A stretch of DNA of 63,969 bases, the filler included, from Reclinomonas americana ATCC 50394 (Eukaryota), in assembly GCA_048213135.1 (NCBI GenBank). It is 17 parts of 17 records of this genome, joined end to end, with 100 filler letters (N's around TTAATTAATTAA, not from the genome) between each part and the next. Parts side by side here need not be neighbours in the genome. Positions count along the whole stretch, not along the records: positions 1 to 2,997 come from AFZH01019543.1; positions 3,098 to 7,155 come from AFZH01019544.1; positions 7,256 to 13,832 come from AFZH01019545.1; 14 more parts are not named here. The stretch is one strand, 5' to 3'. The position numbers were made by a program, and so were the translations under genes. Below the pieces are notes generated by a model. The model made no database searches and was not told the DNA's origin. It was given only the letters and a program-made list of their open reading frames with translations. This document shows, piece by piece, positions 1 through 13,016 of the stretch; position 1 is the stretch's first letter, and each line of letters opens with the position of its first letter.

Positions 1-42
1 TTCCGTTTACCTTTCCTTCCTCCTCCTCCTCCTCCTCCTCTC

Positions 43-137
<95 letters not shown>

Positions 138-477
138 CTCACACTCTCTCTCTCTTCTCTATCTCTGACGATTTTCAGCACGCTTTCTCTGCCACCTAAG
201 GCAACACCTAACGCTCTCATCTCTCTCTGCATTGCGGTGATACCTGTCACTCATCGCGCGCGCGCTCTTTTGCAACAAAAAACAGGTGTGGACAATCAGC
301 GAGCGCAATTTCGTTCTTGAGAGTCGGCCAGAGTCAGTGACGCGTGGTGTGAGAGAGTGAGAGTGTGCGTGTGTGTGCGTGTGAGCGAAGGTGAGTGTGG
401 GAGAGAGAGAGAGAAGAGAGCGCGTGAGTGTGCAGCGAAAGAATGAGAATTTTCACTGTGTGTGTGAGAGAGAGAGA

Positions 478-510
<33 letters not shown>

Positions 511-587
511 TGCGCAAGTGTGAGAAAGAGAGACAGCGAGCGCGTCACTCTGTTCCATTTCATTCTCCTCACTCTCCTCTCTCTCAG

Positions 588-3500
588 ATGTTCTCTGCGC
601 TCTCACAACTCGCGCGCGACGTCTTCAACACGGCCGACGACGAGGACGACGAAGGGCGTCGCTCGGTCGAGTCGACGACACCCGCGCAATCGCCACCCGT
701 GTCGCCCGTTGATGAGAGACGAAGAGAGGAAGAAGATGAAGAGGGTTTAGGTGGCGATAAGGTGGTGGTTTCGTCGCCTGCGCAGGCCTTGTTGATGCTG
801 CGATCGGTGTCTGCTGTGCATGTGGATGGGGGCGAGGCAGGGGAGGAGGATGGTGGGAGGAGTGGTAGGAGGAGGAGGGGAGAGGCGGGTGTGGTGGTGA
901 CTGGTGGAGGTGGTGGTGGTGGTGTGGCGACGGTGATGGGAGGGGCGGTGGGTGGGGAGGTGGAGGCGATGGTGAGTGGAGGGGGAGAGAGGAGGGGAAG
1001 AGGGAGGGGAGGGAGAGAGAGAATGGCAGCGAAGGCGAATAGCGAAAGGAGGCACAGGACGATTGAAAGCAGCGATAGAAAGCAGAGAGAGATAGAGAGA
1101 AGGAGGAAGAGAAGGCGCTATAAGAGGCTGAGAGCGAACGAGAGTGCCGGTAACAGGCTGAAGCTGCCAGATATCAACGGGCAGAGGAGAGGGAGAGATG
1201 AGGACAGAGAGAAAAAGAGAGGAAGCAAAAGGAGAGTGTCGTCGTCTCCCCAGTCTCTGTTTCTCTGTTTCTCTCTCTTGGCGAGGGCAGGCGCACGAAA
1301 AGTGCGAGAAAGCAGAAACTAAGAGAGACCACACACAGTGTACCAGTCGAAGCAGTGCGATTGTAACGAATGGAGGTGACGAGAAAGTTGAGCAGTGATA
1401 GTGCATCCGAGAGAAAGGAGGAAAGCAGCTCATCGCTCACTCTGCCTTTCCGTCGATAATCTCTCATTGCAATTCTTGTTGTCTCCACTTGTTGCTTCCC
1501 CCTTCTCCTGTAAGTGCACGAGGCGGAAAGGAGCGCTGAAACTGCAGAGAGTTTGTGAAGAGATCGCTCAATGGATGATACTCGTTGCGCCCTCACTCGC
1601 AACTCTTCCTGTTCGTGTCACTGCGTTCCGTTGCCTTCTCCTCCTTGTACATCTCTCTATAATTCTTGATGCCTCTCTCGTCATCCAAGTTGCTAACTGC
1701 ATCTCTCCTTCTCCCTCTCCCTCCCTCTCCCTTCCCCCTCCCCCTCCCCCTCCCCTTCCCCTCTTTCCCTTCGCAGATCGCCTCCCTCAAGCGCGAAAAA
1801 CAAGAAGCTCAAGAGGCCGCCCTACAAGCCGAGACTCGCGGCATGGATCTCGTGCACGAATACCAGCAACTCATCCGCGAAAAGGATGTTGCGCACACTT
1901 CCTCATCCCTCCTCCACCCTTTCCCCAGAACTCATCTTCCTTGCAGAACGAATGCGATCGCCTGAGCAAGCAACTCAAGGCCCTGCAGGGCGACTACGCC
2001 GCGCTGAGTGACGAGTGCTCCAGATGGAAGCGAGAGTGCGAGCAATTACGAGCAGCACCAATGCCCACCACCCCAACCGTGCCACCATCTCCCAATCCAC
2101 CTCCACCACCACCACCACCGACGTCATTGCCAGCAGCGGCGGACGGCCAGCCTCCACCAGCAACCGCATCCGCAGCAGCCGCAGCACCGTCTTCGGAGTG
2201 GATCGAGGTGTCGGTGGACGACGTACCACCAGCGGACGAGTCGGTGGCACCACCAACGTCGTCATCGGATGATGTGGCAGCACTCCGAGCAGAATTGATG
2301 CTGGCACAGCGCTCGCTTGCCGCCCTCACCCAGGTGTTGGTTCACGAGAGGTTTGTGTGTGTATGCTCTCGTCTCACCCGCCCCTCCTCTTCCACGCTGA
2401 CTTGTCCCTGTGTGAAGCGATCGCGTGGCTGTGCTCGGCGATGTGTTGTCGGAGACGGCGCATCCCATGAGCGCCGAACGGTCGATTGTCGAGTCGCTCA
2501 CTCTGTTTCGTCGCGCCCCATAACAAGAACGGTGTGGATCATGCACTCACTTCCCCTTCTTCGTCAGGAGTCTGTCGGTGGACGAGACAACAGACGCAGC
2601 ACTGGTCAAGACCAGAGCAGAATATGGCACGCTAATCGGAGCGATTCAGCTCTTCTGTGACACGCTGCAAGAGACAAAGCAGATGAACGAGAAACTGATG
2701 CGCAAGTTGGAACGATTGGAGAAGGAGAAGGCGTCACAGATCAATGACACGACAGCCGCCATGCTCAAGCAGACTGAAGGTTTGTTCTTCCCATTCCAAC
2801 GCAGCGCAAGAGTGTGCAGAATTCGTGAGCACGTCATGCTTTGCTTTCGTGGGTCCCGCCTCTTCTTCCCCTTGTTCCGTGTCCCTCCTTCTTTCGCATT
2901 CGTCCCCTTCTCCTCGGCCGCTTCTCCCCCCTGCCCCTTTTCCTTCCCCCTGTTCCTTCCCCCTGTTCCTTCCCCCTGTTCCTTCCCCCTGTTCCTTNNN
3001 NNNNNNNNNNNNNNNNNNNNNNNNNNNNNNNNNNNNNNNNNTTAATTAATTAANNNNNNNNNNNNNNNNNNNNNNNNNNNNNNNNNNNNNNNNNNNNCCC
3101 CCTGTTCCTTCCCCCCTGTTCCTTCCCCCTGTTCCTTCCCCCTGTTCCTTCCCCCTGTCCCTTTCCCCTGTCCCTTTCCCCTGTCCCTTCCCCCTGTCCC
3201 TTCCCCCTGTCCCTTCCCCCTGTCCCTTCCCCCTGTCCCTTCCCCCTGTCCCTTCCCCCTGTCCCTTCCCCCTGTCCCTTCCCCCTGTTCCTTCCCCCTT
3301 CTCTTTCCCCCTGTTCCTTCCCCCTTCTCCCTTCCTCCTTCATCCTTCTCCTTCATCACCCTTCTCCTCACCCCCCCCTTTATGCGCCTTCCGCAGAGCT
3401 GAGCGCCGTGAAGCGCGAGCGCGACAGCCTCAACAAACGCCTCTCGCGCCTCACCAAAACCGTCAGCGACATGGAGTCGACGCACATGGCCAGCTCGAAC

Positions 3501-4729
3501 TTGGAAAAGGAGTTTTACGTGCAGCGAGTGGCCCTCACCCGCGCCAACGAGGAGTTGGCGCGGCGCAACTTTGAGTTCCAAGAGCTGTCGATCTCCACCG
3601 AGGAGCAACTGAATGTGCTGCGTGCGCAACTGGCCAAGAAGCAGAGCGACCTGGAGGCGGCGACGTCGCGTGTGGAGGAACTGAGCAAGGTGACCGAGGG
3701 TGCACTGGCCACGCTGCAGACGCGGGTCGACGATCGCGACGCCGAAATCCGCACGCTGACCGGCAAGCTGGCGGCACGTGAACGCGAGCTGGCGGAGCGC
3801 GATCAGCGATCGCGACGTGTAGAGGACGAACTGCGCGCGTCGCTGGCCGACCAGGAGGCGCACGCGCAGTCGCTGAATGTGTCGCTCGCCAACTTGGAGG
3901 GCGTGCTGCAGCAGTTTCAGGTGGAGGAGGACATTCGGGTGCGCGAGAAGACGGTGGCGTTGCAGGCGACCATTCGGCGACTGGAGGACAAGGTGGCGGG
4001 CATGCAGACGGCGCTGCAGGCATTAGAGGTGGGTCAACAGGGAAAAGGAGCATTTCTTCTGCATACTGACTCTCCCTTTTGTTGCACAGAGTGTGAATGG
4101 TGAATTGTCAGTGTCGCGCGAGAGGTGTGCGGAGTTGGAGCGCACGGTGGCGAGCCAGCGCACGGAAATGTGGCGTCTGAACGAGTCGGTCGACGCACTG
4201 AATGCGGAGGTGTCGCGGCTGCTGCGCAAGCTCAATGAGGTGCTGATCGACAGCGACGTGGTGGACAAGGGTGTGGTCGGCCGCCTGCTGGTCTCATATG
4301 TGGGCAGCAAGGAGAAGGAGCGCCAGAAGGAGATGCTGACGATTCTCGCCTCCATGTTGAGTCTGAGTGAGGACGACAAGGAAAAGGTGAGTGCGGAGAG
4401 ACGCGCGGAAGAAGGGGGGAAGTGTGCTCACTCGTTCTCTTGTGCAGATTGGCTTGCGGAGGAAAACGCGTGGCATGTTGTCGAGCATTCTCGGTGTATT
4501 CTCGTTGGCGGGTGACAGCTCCGAACCGGCCAAGTTTCAGCCGCAAGATGTTGCGTTGTCTCCCTTGGGTGCGCCTTCCCTGCCCTTTTCTCATCTGTGC
4601 GTTGTGGTGCAGTCATTATCGGAGCTGTGGATGGAATTCTTGCTGGCGCGTGACAGAGAGAAGGAGTTAGATGCGGGCGTGGCGAGTGCCAGTGGTCTGC
4701 CACCGACTGCAGACGACGGTGAATCATGA
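588..4729 (+). CDS. Multi-exon coiled-coil golgin with C-terminal GRAB domain (GMAP-210/TRIP11/Rud3/GC3-4 family)
   Basis: N-terminus MFSALSQLARDVF, long heptad coiled-coil exons (1778-1887, 1947-2333, 3398-4028), then DVVDKGVVGRLLVSYV...KEMLTILASMLSLSEDDKEKIGL...SLSELWMEFLL, resembling GRAB plus GA1 motifs. Exons between 750 and 1777 are unresolved, and a gap lies in one intron. Confidence 0.75.
2925..3320 (+). repeat. Intronic ~13-bp pyrimidine minisatellite (CCCTGT(T/C)CCTTCC)n spanning an assembly gap
   Basis: Tandem units are directly visible on both sides of the spacer. Confidence 0.9.
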
Positions 4730-5205
4730 ATGAATTAGCTGGGAAGAGTGTCTCATTTGCCCTTGCACATCACAGACTGGGGGAGAAAGGCAAGTGTTAG
4801 TGAATTGACTGGGTGGAGTGCCTCTGCTTCTTCTACATCACAGACAGAGGGGAAAGGCAAGTGTGAGTGGTCTGCCGCCGTCTGCAGACGACAGTGAATC
4901 ATGGATTGACTGAAAAAGAGTGCCTCAGCATGTGCATCACAGTAGACAGGGACGGGTGATGAGCGGCACTGAAGATGGTGTGCCACCAACAACAGACGAC
5001 GGTGAATCATGAATGAATTAGCTGGGAAGAGTGTCTCATTTGCCCTTGCACATCACAGACAGGGGGTGAAAGGCGAGTGTGAGTGCTACAGACGACGGTG
5101 AATTGACTGGGTAGAGCGTGTCTCAGCTTGTGCACGGCAGACAGGGGAAAAGGGGAGCGCAAGCGGTCTGCCACTGACTGTGGACGACGCTGAATCATGA
5201 ATGCC
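4690..5205 (+). repeat. Degenerate ~100-bp tandem repeat derived from the golgin stop-codon/3' region
   Basis: GACGACGGTGAATCATGAATGAATTAGCTGGGAAGAGTGTCTCATTTGCCCTTGCACATCACAGAC occurs at ~4713 and ~4996, with degenerate copies at ~4888, ~5092 and ~5184. Confidence 0.85.
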
Positions 5206-5278
5206 ATAAGTGGGTCCCTTCACACAGCAGACAGATAATAACATAATGAGTGCAGTGCATTACGCGCGTGTGCGTGTC

Positions 5279-8200
5279 TCAGCCGCCCTTGTATCGCACA
5301 AAGCCGACGATATTCTCCTGCACATTCTCCAAGCAGTCCATGTCCTCCTCTGGCAAGTCTCCCGCCCGCGCTGCCATCTGCACAGCACATGTGAGCGAAT
5401 GCGTACTCAGGAATCTTGGCATTATCGGAAGACCAACCATTTGCTTGAACGGCTGCGCCAGCGACTTGAGCAACGCGTGCACATTCAACTCGCGGTACAA
5501 GCCATCGAGGTCATCATTGGCGAAAATGTCGATCAGCGAGTTGACGGCGTCGCCGACCACCAGCAGCAGCCCACATTGCGCAGCGTCCATCAGAACCGAG
5601 CACGTACTCTGTCTCACAAAGGCAGAAGTGAGTGCGCTAGACGGCACACCGCATCCACTCTGGACACGGTTACAAACCCGCAGCACCGCATCGCCGACAC
5701 TGCCCTTCGATGCCATTTGCCCGAGAATCGCCAGCGATTGTGCACGAGCGCGCTCCGTCTGCGCTGCGTCACTCGCCAGTGCGGCCAGCGCACTCATTTG
5801 ATCGGCGCTCTGGTGGTGGGCAAAAAAGGGGGTGAGCCTCCTTGCATTCCACTCTCCTCTTCACGATCGCACTCACCAACGCCGGCACTCGTCGCACCAC
5901 TCCGGAGATCAACTTCAACAACTCCTCGACCAACTGCGTGCGCTGCGACACGGCGAATCCTTGTGGCGCCGCCGCTGCACTGGCAATAGTGGCACCCTCG
6001 CGCGCAATCGCCCCGAAAGCAGCGTCCACCAGCGGGCTCAACAGGCCCGCCATGTCTGTGTGAGGTGGAGAGAAAAGGCATGTGAGCCAAGACGCCATCA
6101 GTATCGCTTTCCTCGCACACCTCGTCGTCTCTTCACAGCCACTATTGATGAAATGAGGAGGGAGGAGAAGGGAGGAGACGAGAGTGAGGACAGGAGAGTG
6201 AAGCAAGAAAGAGAATGGAAAGAGGGAAGAGAAGAGCAGGAGGACAAGGAAAAGTGAAGAGAAACAGGACAAGAGAATATATGAGAGGAGAAGAGCACTT
6301 CTTCTTCACTTCTCTTCACCTCTCCTCTTCTCTGCCATTTTCTTCTCTTCTATATTTTCTTTTCTCGTCTCTTTTCATCTCTTCTCTTTCATCTCATCTC
6401 TTTTCCTCAGCTCTTTGTCTCCTTCTCTCCTTCTCTCCTTCTCGCCTCAACCCTTCTCATCTCTTCTCACCTCTCCTTCCCTCACCTCTCCTTACCTCTC
6501 CTCTCCTCATGGCATCCCTTCTCTGCTCTTCTCCTTATCCCCATCTCCACTCCTTGTCTTCTCACCTCACCCCTCTCCTCCGCTCCCTTCCCCTCTCCTC
6601 ATCTCTTCCATTCTCTGCTCACTCTTCCCTCTCCTCTCCTCTCCTCTCCTCTCCTCTCCTCACCTCCCTCACCTCTCCTCCGCTCTCCTCTCTCCTCTCC
6701 TCTCTCCTCTCTCCTCTCCTCTCCTCTCCTCTCCTCTTCTCTTCTCTTCCATTCCTTTCTTCCATTTTTCTCTCATCTGTTGTCTTTTCTTCTCCCCTTC
6801 TCATATTCGCTACTTATTATCTCTTCTTATCTCTTCTCACATCTTCTCTCATCTTCTCTCGTCCTCTCTCACTCTCGCACCATCCCTCTCCTCATTTCTC
6901 TTCTCCTCTCCTCTCCTCTCCCCCTCGTCTCTTATCTCCTCATCTCTTCCATTCTCTGCTCTTCTCTTCCCTCATCCTCCCTCACCTCTCCTCCCCTCTC
7001 TCCTCTCTCCTCTCCTTCCCCCTCTCGTCTCCTCTCCCATCCCCTTCTCCCACTTCCCCTCTTCTCCCCCTTCCCCTAAATCCCCCTTCTCCCTTCCTTT
7101 CCCCAAACCCACCTGGCGCCTGGTACCACACCACGGCGGACACCAACACCATGGTNNNNNNNNNNNNNNNNNNNNNNNNNNNNNNNNNNNNNNNNNNNNT
7201 TAATTAATTAANNNNNNNNNNNNNNNNNNNNNNNNNNNNNNNNNNNNNNNNNNNNGGCCCGCGTCACGAGATCCATCAGCGTGGTGATCACCGAAAACTC
7301 AATATCGCTGGAGGCGCGAGGAACACCACCCTCCGACAAGTACGAGGTCAGCAGGGCGGCCGTGTGTGCCACCAGCCCATGCTCCGCCGCCGCCACCGCA
7401 CTCGCCAGCGGCGTCGGCTCCGCCTCCTCTCCCTCCACCTCAAAGCCGCACAGATTGGCCAGCACCTCCAGCGCGATGCGCTGTCCCTGAGCCTGCGTCA
7501 ACCACATCTCCACCGCCTCCTGCTCCGGCACGACCTCTCTCCTCTCCTCGCCGCCCTCGACAACCGGCGGCCGTCCCACGTGACTCAGAAACAGCGCAAG
7601 ATCGCGCGCCACCTCGCCATTGACCAGCGCCGCCAGTGGCAGCGTCGCCATGGTCGACACAGCATCGAAGGCCAGCACGTCGCTGAGCACGGCCAGCACC
7701 ACCGACACGAACGCGGGATTGGCGGGCGAATCGGCGCCCATGTTGACCAGCGTGCCAACACACGCACTGCGCAGCATTGGATTCAGCTGCGGATTGGCCG
7801 CCACGTCGCACAGCAGTGCGGCGGTCTCCGCCGAGGCCAGCGACGGGTCGCCTTCCGACAACGTCTGCAGCGCCAGTGCTGTACTTACACATGAGCTTGA
7901 GTGGGGGGAGACACCAGCACACTGTCATACCACAGACCTGCGGCCAGTGCCAATCCCTGATCCTGCGGCGCCGCCTCCACGTGCCTGACCAAGTGCAGCA
8001 CGCCGCCCGAGGCACAAAACGCAGCCGCACACTCCTCACTCTCCTCACTCAACAACTGCAACAGCAGCATGAGCTGCACGCCGACATCCGCCGCCTCCGC
8101 ATCCGCACGCGACACCTCCAATCGCCTTTCCGTGTGCAAAAACGACGCTCCCAGCAGCTGCAGTCCATCCGAGCGCATCACCGTTGCACATGTGGCCTCT

Positions 8201-8971
8201 GCGCTCTCCAACAGCACATTGCGCAACGCGCCTGCAGCACACGCGCGCACCACAAACGAGGTCGGGTCGCACAACAGCTTCAACAGTGCCTCCACTATGC
8301 GAGAGCAGTCGGGCAACAGCAGCACCTCGTGTGGTGTCGACGCAATGGCTGCGCAGGCAAGCTCACGCTCACTGGCATCAGCGTCCTCCAGCTGTGAGTG
8401 AGTAAAAAAGTGAGTGTGAGTGTGAGCGCGTTGTGCATGTGCATCTGCACCAAGACACAAAACACACTTTTTCACTCGTTGTCGAGCTTTTGCGTGCGTG
8501 GGAGTGAGGGAGAGTGTGTATGAGTGGGGGGAAAGTGTGCGTGAGAGAGTGAAAGTGTGTGCAAGTGAGCGTGAGTGAACGAGTGAGAAGTGTGAATGAA
8601 GTGTGCGTAAGTGAGTGAAAGAGTGTGCAAGTGAGTGAGGAGTGAGAGAGAGTGAGAGAGAGAGAGAGAGCGTGCAAGTGATAGAAAGTGAGTGAAAGAG
8701 TGTGCGTGAGAGAGTGAGAAGAGTCTATGTTTTGTAATGCTTGTGTCCATTACGCAACTCTGAGCAACACTGCACTGAGCACTTCAGCACTATCCTCCGG
8801 CACATTGCTGCCTCCGGTGCCCTTGTGCGGTGCAGGCAGAACGTCGGCAAAGCGATCGCCGCCTGCTGCAGCTGAGTGCCCGTTGATTTGCGACGAAGTC
8901 AGCAGACCTTCCGGGTGCGTGCCCTTGCGTTGCTCGCGGTTGCGTTGGTGGCGTGCCTTGGACTTGCCCAT
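5279..8971 (-). CDS. HEATR3: HEAT repeat-containing protein 3 / synportin Syo1 (uL5/uL18 import chaperone), multi-exon
   Basis: Basic N-terminus MGKSKARHQR, ARM/HEAT motifs (ASERELACAAIA; VRACAAGALRNV; QRIALEVLANLC), and C-terminal DAVNSLIDIFAND...NVQENIVGFVRYK resembling the HEATR3 end. GT-AG introns; one gap inside. Confidence 0.8.
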
Positions 8972-9036
8972 CGCTCTCTCCCTGACTTCGTCGTTGCACT
9001 CTTTACGTCCTGCGCCCATGGATTGTCAGACACAAA

Positions 9037-12000
9037 ATGGGCGCGAGATCCAGTGCGCCCATCTCGCACTCTCAATGCCTCTTCCCCGCCGATCTGACGC
9101 TATCCACCGCCACGTCACCGATCCTCTCACTTGCGCTCTCGCCTGTGGTCGACTACAGCGCCGCAGCAGGTCGATATCGACAACTGGTGGCGTGCGCGCG
9201 CAGTGACTCGATCCTCCTGCTCGATGCCGACGATCCACATCGCCCTCTCTTGCCCTCATCTTCCTCGTCGGCTGCTGGTGCATGTGGAGTGGCGCCACAA
9301 CATGAGCGCGTGGTGTTTGGCACGCTGGGCGACGATGGATCACTGATGATGGTGGCGGCGAGTGCGTCGCATGTGTGTCTGTGGGACGCCACGCGCGCGC
9401 TTGATCGCGATGAGGCTGCTGTGCTCAAGTGGAGTGTCCCCTGCGCGGCACACGTGTGGTCGCTGGCCATGACCAGCGATCTGGTGTTTGCGGGCGCGAG
9501 CGATTCGAGTATTCATGTGTTGCGGGCGGCGGATGGAGCGCAGGTGCGGCAAATGGATGGGCATTCGTATACGGTGGTGGCGTTGGCGATTACGGCGGAT
9601 GGGTTGCGAGTGGTCAGTGCGGCTGGCGATCGCACACTGCGTGTGTGGCAGGCGCAGACGGGCGCGCAGGAGCAGTGTTTGCAGGTCGACTCGGTGATTA
9701 TGAGTCTGTGCGTGCTGCGCACTGGCGTGAAGGTGATCACCGGTCACAGTGACGGCACAGTGCGACGGTACTCGTTGAGCAAGAACTCGCTGCGCCACAC
9801 CTACGGTGCCCACAAGAGTGCCGTGCATTGTGTGGCCGTCTCGCAAGACGACACGCTGATTGTGTCCGGATCGCATGGTGCGTCGTCGCACACATTCCCC
9901 CCCTCTGCCTCTGTCATTGTGCTCACTATGTCGTTTGCAGACGGAACGATTCGTCTGTGGGGCAAGCAACGCGAGCTGGTACACCTCAGCGGTCACACGG
10001 ACAGTGTGAATGCCGTGGCGATTTTGAAGTCGCGCAAGATCGTGTCTGGATCCAGCGACGGCACAGTGCGCCTGTGGGATGCTGGCGGTGAGTGTGTGTG
10101 TGAGTGTGATGAAGGTGCACGGCGGTGGTGGTGGTGGTGTTGACTTGCCATCGCAGCCGCCACGCGCAGCGAGCCACCGCCTTCGGGGTTGCGCGGTCCA
10201 CATTCGCTGCTGCTGAGAGAAGATTCGTCGTCACCGCCGCCGTCGCCATCGTCACCGCTGTCACACGGCAGTGGCTCTGGGTCGCAGCTGCTTGCGGCAG
10301 GGTCGTCGAATGCCTTTCGCGAGCACCACGTGGTGGTCAGCGACAGCGAAGGCGACGACAGCGATGTGGGTGGCGAAGGCGATGATCGGCGGCCTGCCCG
10401 TGTGGATGCCGTGCACAGTGATTCTGTGCACGACGATGACGATGGACGGAGACCGTCGCGAGCCAGTGACGAAGAGGAAGGCGAGGAGGAGAACGAGGAG
10501 AGGGAAGTAAGAGAGGAGCTGGACCAGGACGATGAAGATGACGGCGGCGACGAGCAAGGAGGTGATGAAGAGGAGGAGGAGGAGGAAGAGGAGGAGCCCG
10601 CATCACCACCGCCGCAAGTGGCTCCACTGGCACTGACGCCGCGAGTCATGGCGACCTCTAACTCGGCTTCTGCTGTTGCTGGTGGTGGTGGTGGTGGTGG
10701 TATCGCGCGACAACTCTCGCCACCGGGTGCAGTGACGGCCCTGGTCGCGGCACGTACGCTGTCGCTCTCCTCGCTGCCGCTGCCTGCATCGCCAATGAAC
10801 ACTGGCACCGTGTTGCTGTCGTCGCCACGATCGCACTCGGTCGACATGAACGAGTTGGTGGCTCTCAACAACGAGTTGCGGGAGGAGCGCGCCAAGCAGC
10901 AGCTGCTGGCGCAGGATCTGGAGGAGGCGACACGTGCGTCGCGCATGTGGCAGCAGCGGGCGGAGGTTGCCGAGGAGCACGCAGCGCATGTGGCGTCGTC
11001 GGTGGAGTTGCTGCGCGAATCGCTGCAGGTCGAACAGGAGCGGCGAGTGGAACTGGAGCGGGAGGTGGAGCGGCTGCAAAGACTACTCGGGCACTTGGAA
11101 GGTGCGTTTGTTCATTCGTTGTGTGGCTCGACGAGTGTCTTGTTAAAAATTGCGGTGGCAGCGGGCATCCCCGGCTCGTTGCGGAGATTCGACTGGCAAG
11201 AGTTGGTGACTGCCACGAACGGATTCGATGAGCACTTTCTGGTCGGCTCCGGCGGGCAAGGTCGCGTGTTTATCGTGATGCACGAGGCGAGGAAGATTGC
11301 CATCAAGCTCATCGATGCTGACGCTCCGTGGGCGCTCGAGTCGTTTGCGCACGAGGTGTTCCCATTGTGTGAACGACGACGACTTGAAGTTGCAGCGTGA
11401 GCTCACACGGCGTTTTGCAGATTGACACTCTGGGCCAGTTGCAGCATCCGCGCCTCGTACCGCTGCTGGGCTATGCCGTTCTCGAACCGGACAGCAGGCA
11501 TCGCTGCTTGGTGTACAAGGCATTGGAGTGCGTGTGGAGTGGCGCGTGGTGGATGCGGTTGGCATATGGTCGCTGACTCTCTCTCTCTCTCTCTCTCTCT
11601 TGTGAACAGGCGACTCAATCTGGAGGTGCGCCTGTTGCATCCGCCGCCGGATGTGCCGCCCATGACGGTGTTGCAGAGAGTGCGAGTGGCGCATGGTGTG
11701 ATTGAAGGGATTGCGTTTTTGCATCAGGTGAGGGGCAAGGAGAGGGAGGGTGGAAGGGAGGGAGGGAGGGATGGAGAGGGAGACAGAAGAGAAAGGAGGA
11801 AGCTGGGAGAGAGAAAGTGGAAGAGCGAGTGGCAAGCACATGCGTACAGTGAATGACAGGGAGGGAGGGAGAGAGAGTGGGAGGGATGGAGAGGGAGACA
11901 GAAGAGAAAGAGGAGGAAGGTGGGAGAGAGAAAGTTGAAGAGCGAGTGGCAAGCACATGCGTACAGTGAACGACAGGGTGGGAGGGAGAGAGAGAGGGAG

Positions 12001-12863
12001 ACAGAAGAGAAAGAGGAGGAAGGTGGGAGAGAGAGAGAGTAGAAGAGCGAGTTGCAAGCACATGCGTACAGTGAACGACAGGGTGGGAGGGAGATGAGGG
12101 TGGGGGAGAGGGAGATAGTGAATGCTTCGTGGTTAGTGGCACAAAGAACTCTTCGTGTCGGTGCTGCATGACTCTGGAGTGTTTCCAAAGAGAAGCAACG
12201 TCTGTCTGAGTGATGCCGAAAAAACGTGATTGTTTGGAGAGCAGTGTTATACTACGATTGCTTACACGATTGTTCCTCCTCTTCCGTGTTTCTCTGAATC
12301 ACAGCACGATGTCGTCCACCGCGACCTCAAGCCGTCCAACATTCTGCTCGACTCGCGCATGGAGCCGTGCCTCGCCGACTTTGGCATTGCGCGGTTCTTT
12401 GCCGACGACGAGACGCACATTCACACAGAGCCGGCCGGCACTCGGTTCTATCTCGATCCGCTGGCCGTTCGTTCGGGAGAACTGCGCAAGTCGGCCGATG
12501 TGTACGCGTACGGCGTTGTCTTGCTGCAGCTGCTGACCAGTCGGCAAGCGGGCGAGGTGACCGACATGGCCTCGACGTGGGAACGCTCGTTGGCCTCTGT
12601 GAATGTGATGACTGAGATCGACATGAGTGCTGGACTGTGGCCTCCACCAGTCGCTCGTCACATGCTGGAGCTCGGTGTTTCGTTGCGTCGGCGGTGGGAG
12701 GCTGATGAGAGAGAAGGTGGACTCGCTGTTTGATGCTTGCGCACATTGCAGGTGCATGTCGCTGAACACGGACATACGACCAGATGCCGACGCGGCTCTG
12801 CTGGTCATGGAGGAGATTCAACAGTGGTGTCACGGCTCTGGCTTCACGGAGCCAGTGGTGTAG
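9037..12863 (+). CDS. WD40-repeat + acidic linker + coiled-coil + IRAK/Pelle/RLK-type protein kinase, predicted N-myristoylated
   Basis: MGARSS start; WD repeats (GHSYTVVALA..SAAGDRTLRVW; GHTDSVNAVA..SGSSDGTVRLWD). After splicing the kinase reads LRRFDWQELVTATNGF, GSGGQGRV, IAIK, LQHPRLVPLLGY, LVY, HRDLKPSNILLD, DFG, ADVYAYGVVLLQLLT. Seven GT-AG introns keep frame. Confidence 0.85.
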
Positions 12864-13016
12864 CTGACGATTGTTTAGTGTATTTGCGTGCAGTGTGATT
12901 GCATTGAGGTGTGTGTGGGTCGGGGTGTGCAGCACAATGTTCATCACTGAGACGTGCCAGCGTGTTGATCGAGCTATATCGATATTGTATTTACAATCGT
13001 GCACAAGAATTTGCTG

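Noticed and set aside
1888..1894. Reading GTTGCG donors as non-canonical G|TT donors
   Set aside because: Phase at 1888, 4550, 8758 and 25435 fits only GT-AG boundaries.
3042..3053. TTAATTAATTAA repeated 16 times (looks like homeodomain TAAT sites or a repeat family)
   Set aside because: Always centred in N-runs; an artificial all-frame-stop contig linker.
4690..5205. CRISPR-like interpretation of spaced repeats
   Set aside because: Eukaryotic context, degenerate units, related spacers and no cas genes.
6215..7207. Long Leu/Ser/Pro-rich ORFs here and similar ones near 3042, 23426, 32002 and 38653
   Set aside because: Stop-free translations of CT/GA low-complexity introns.
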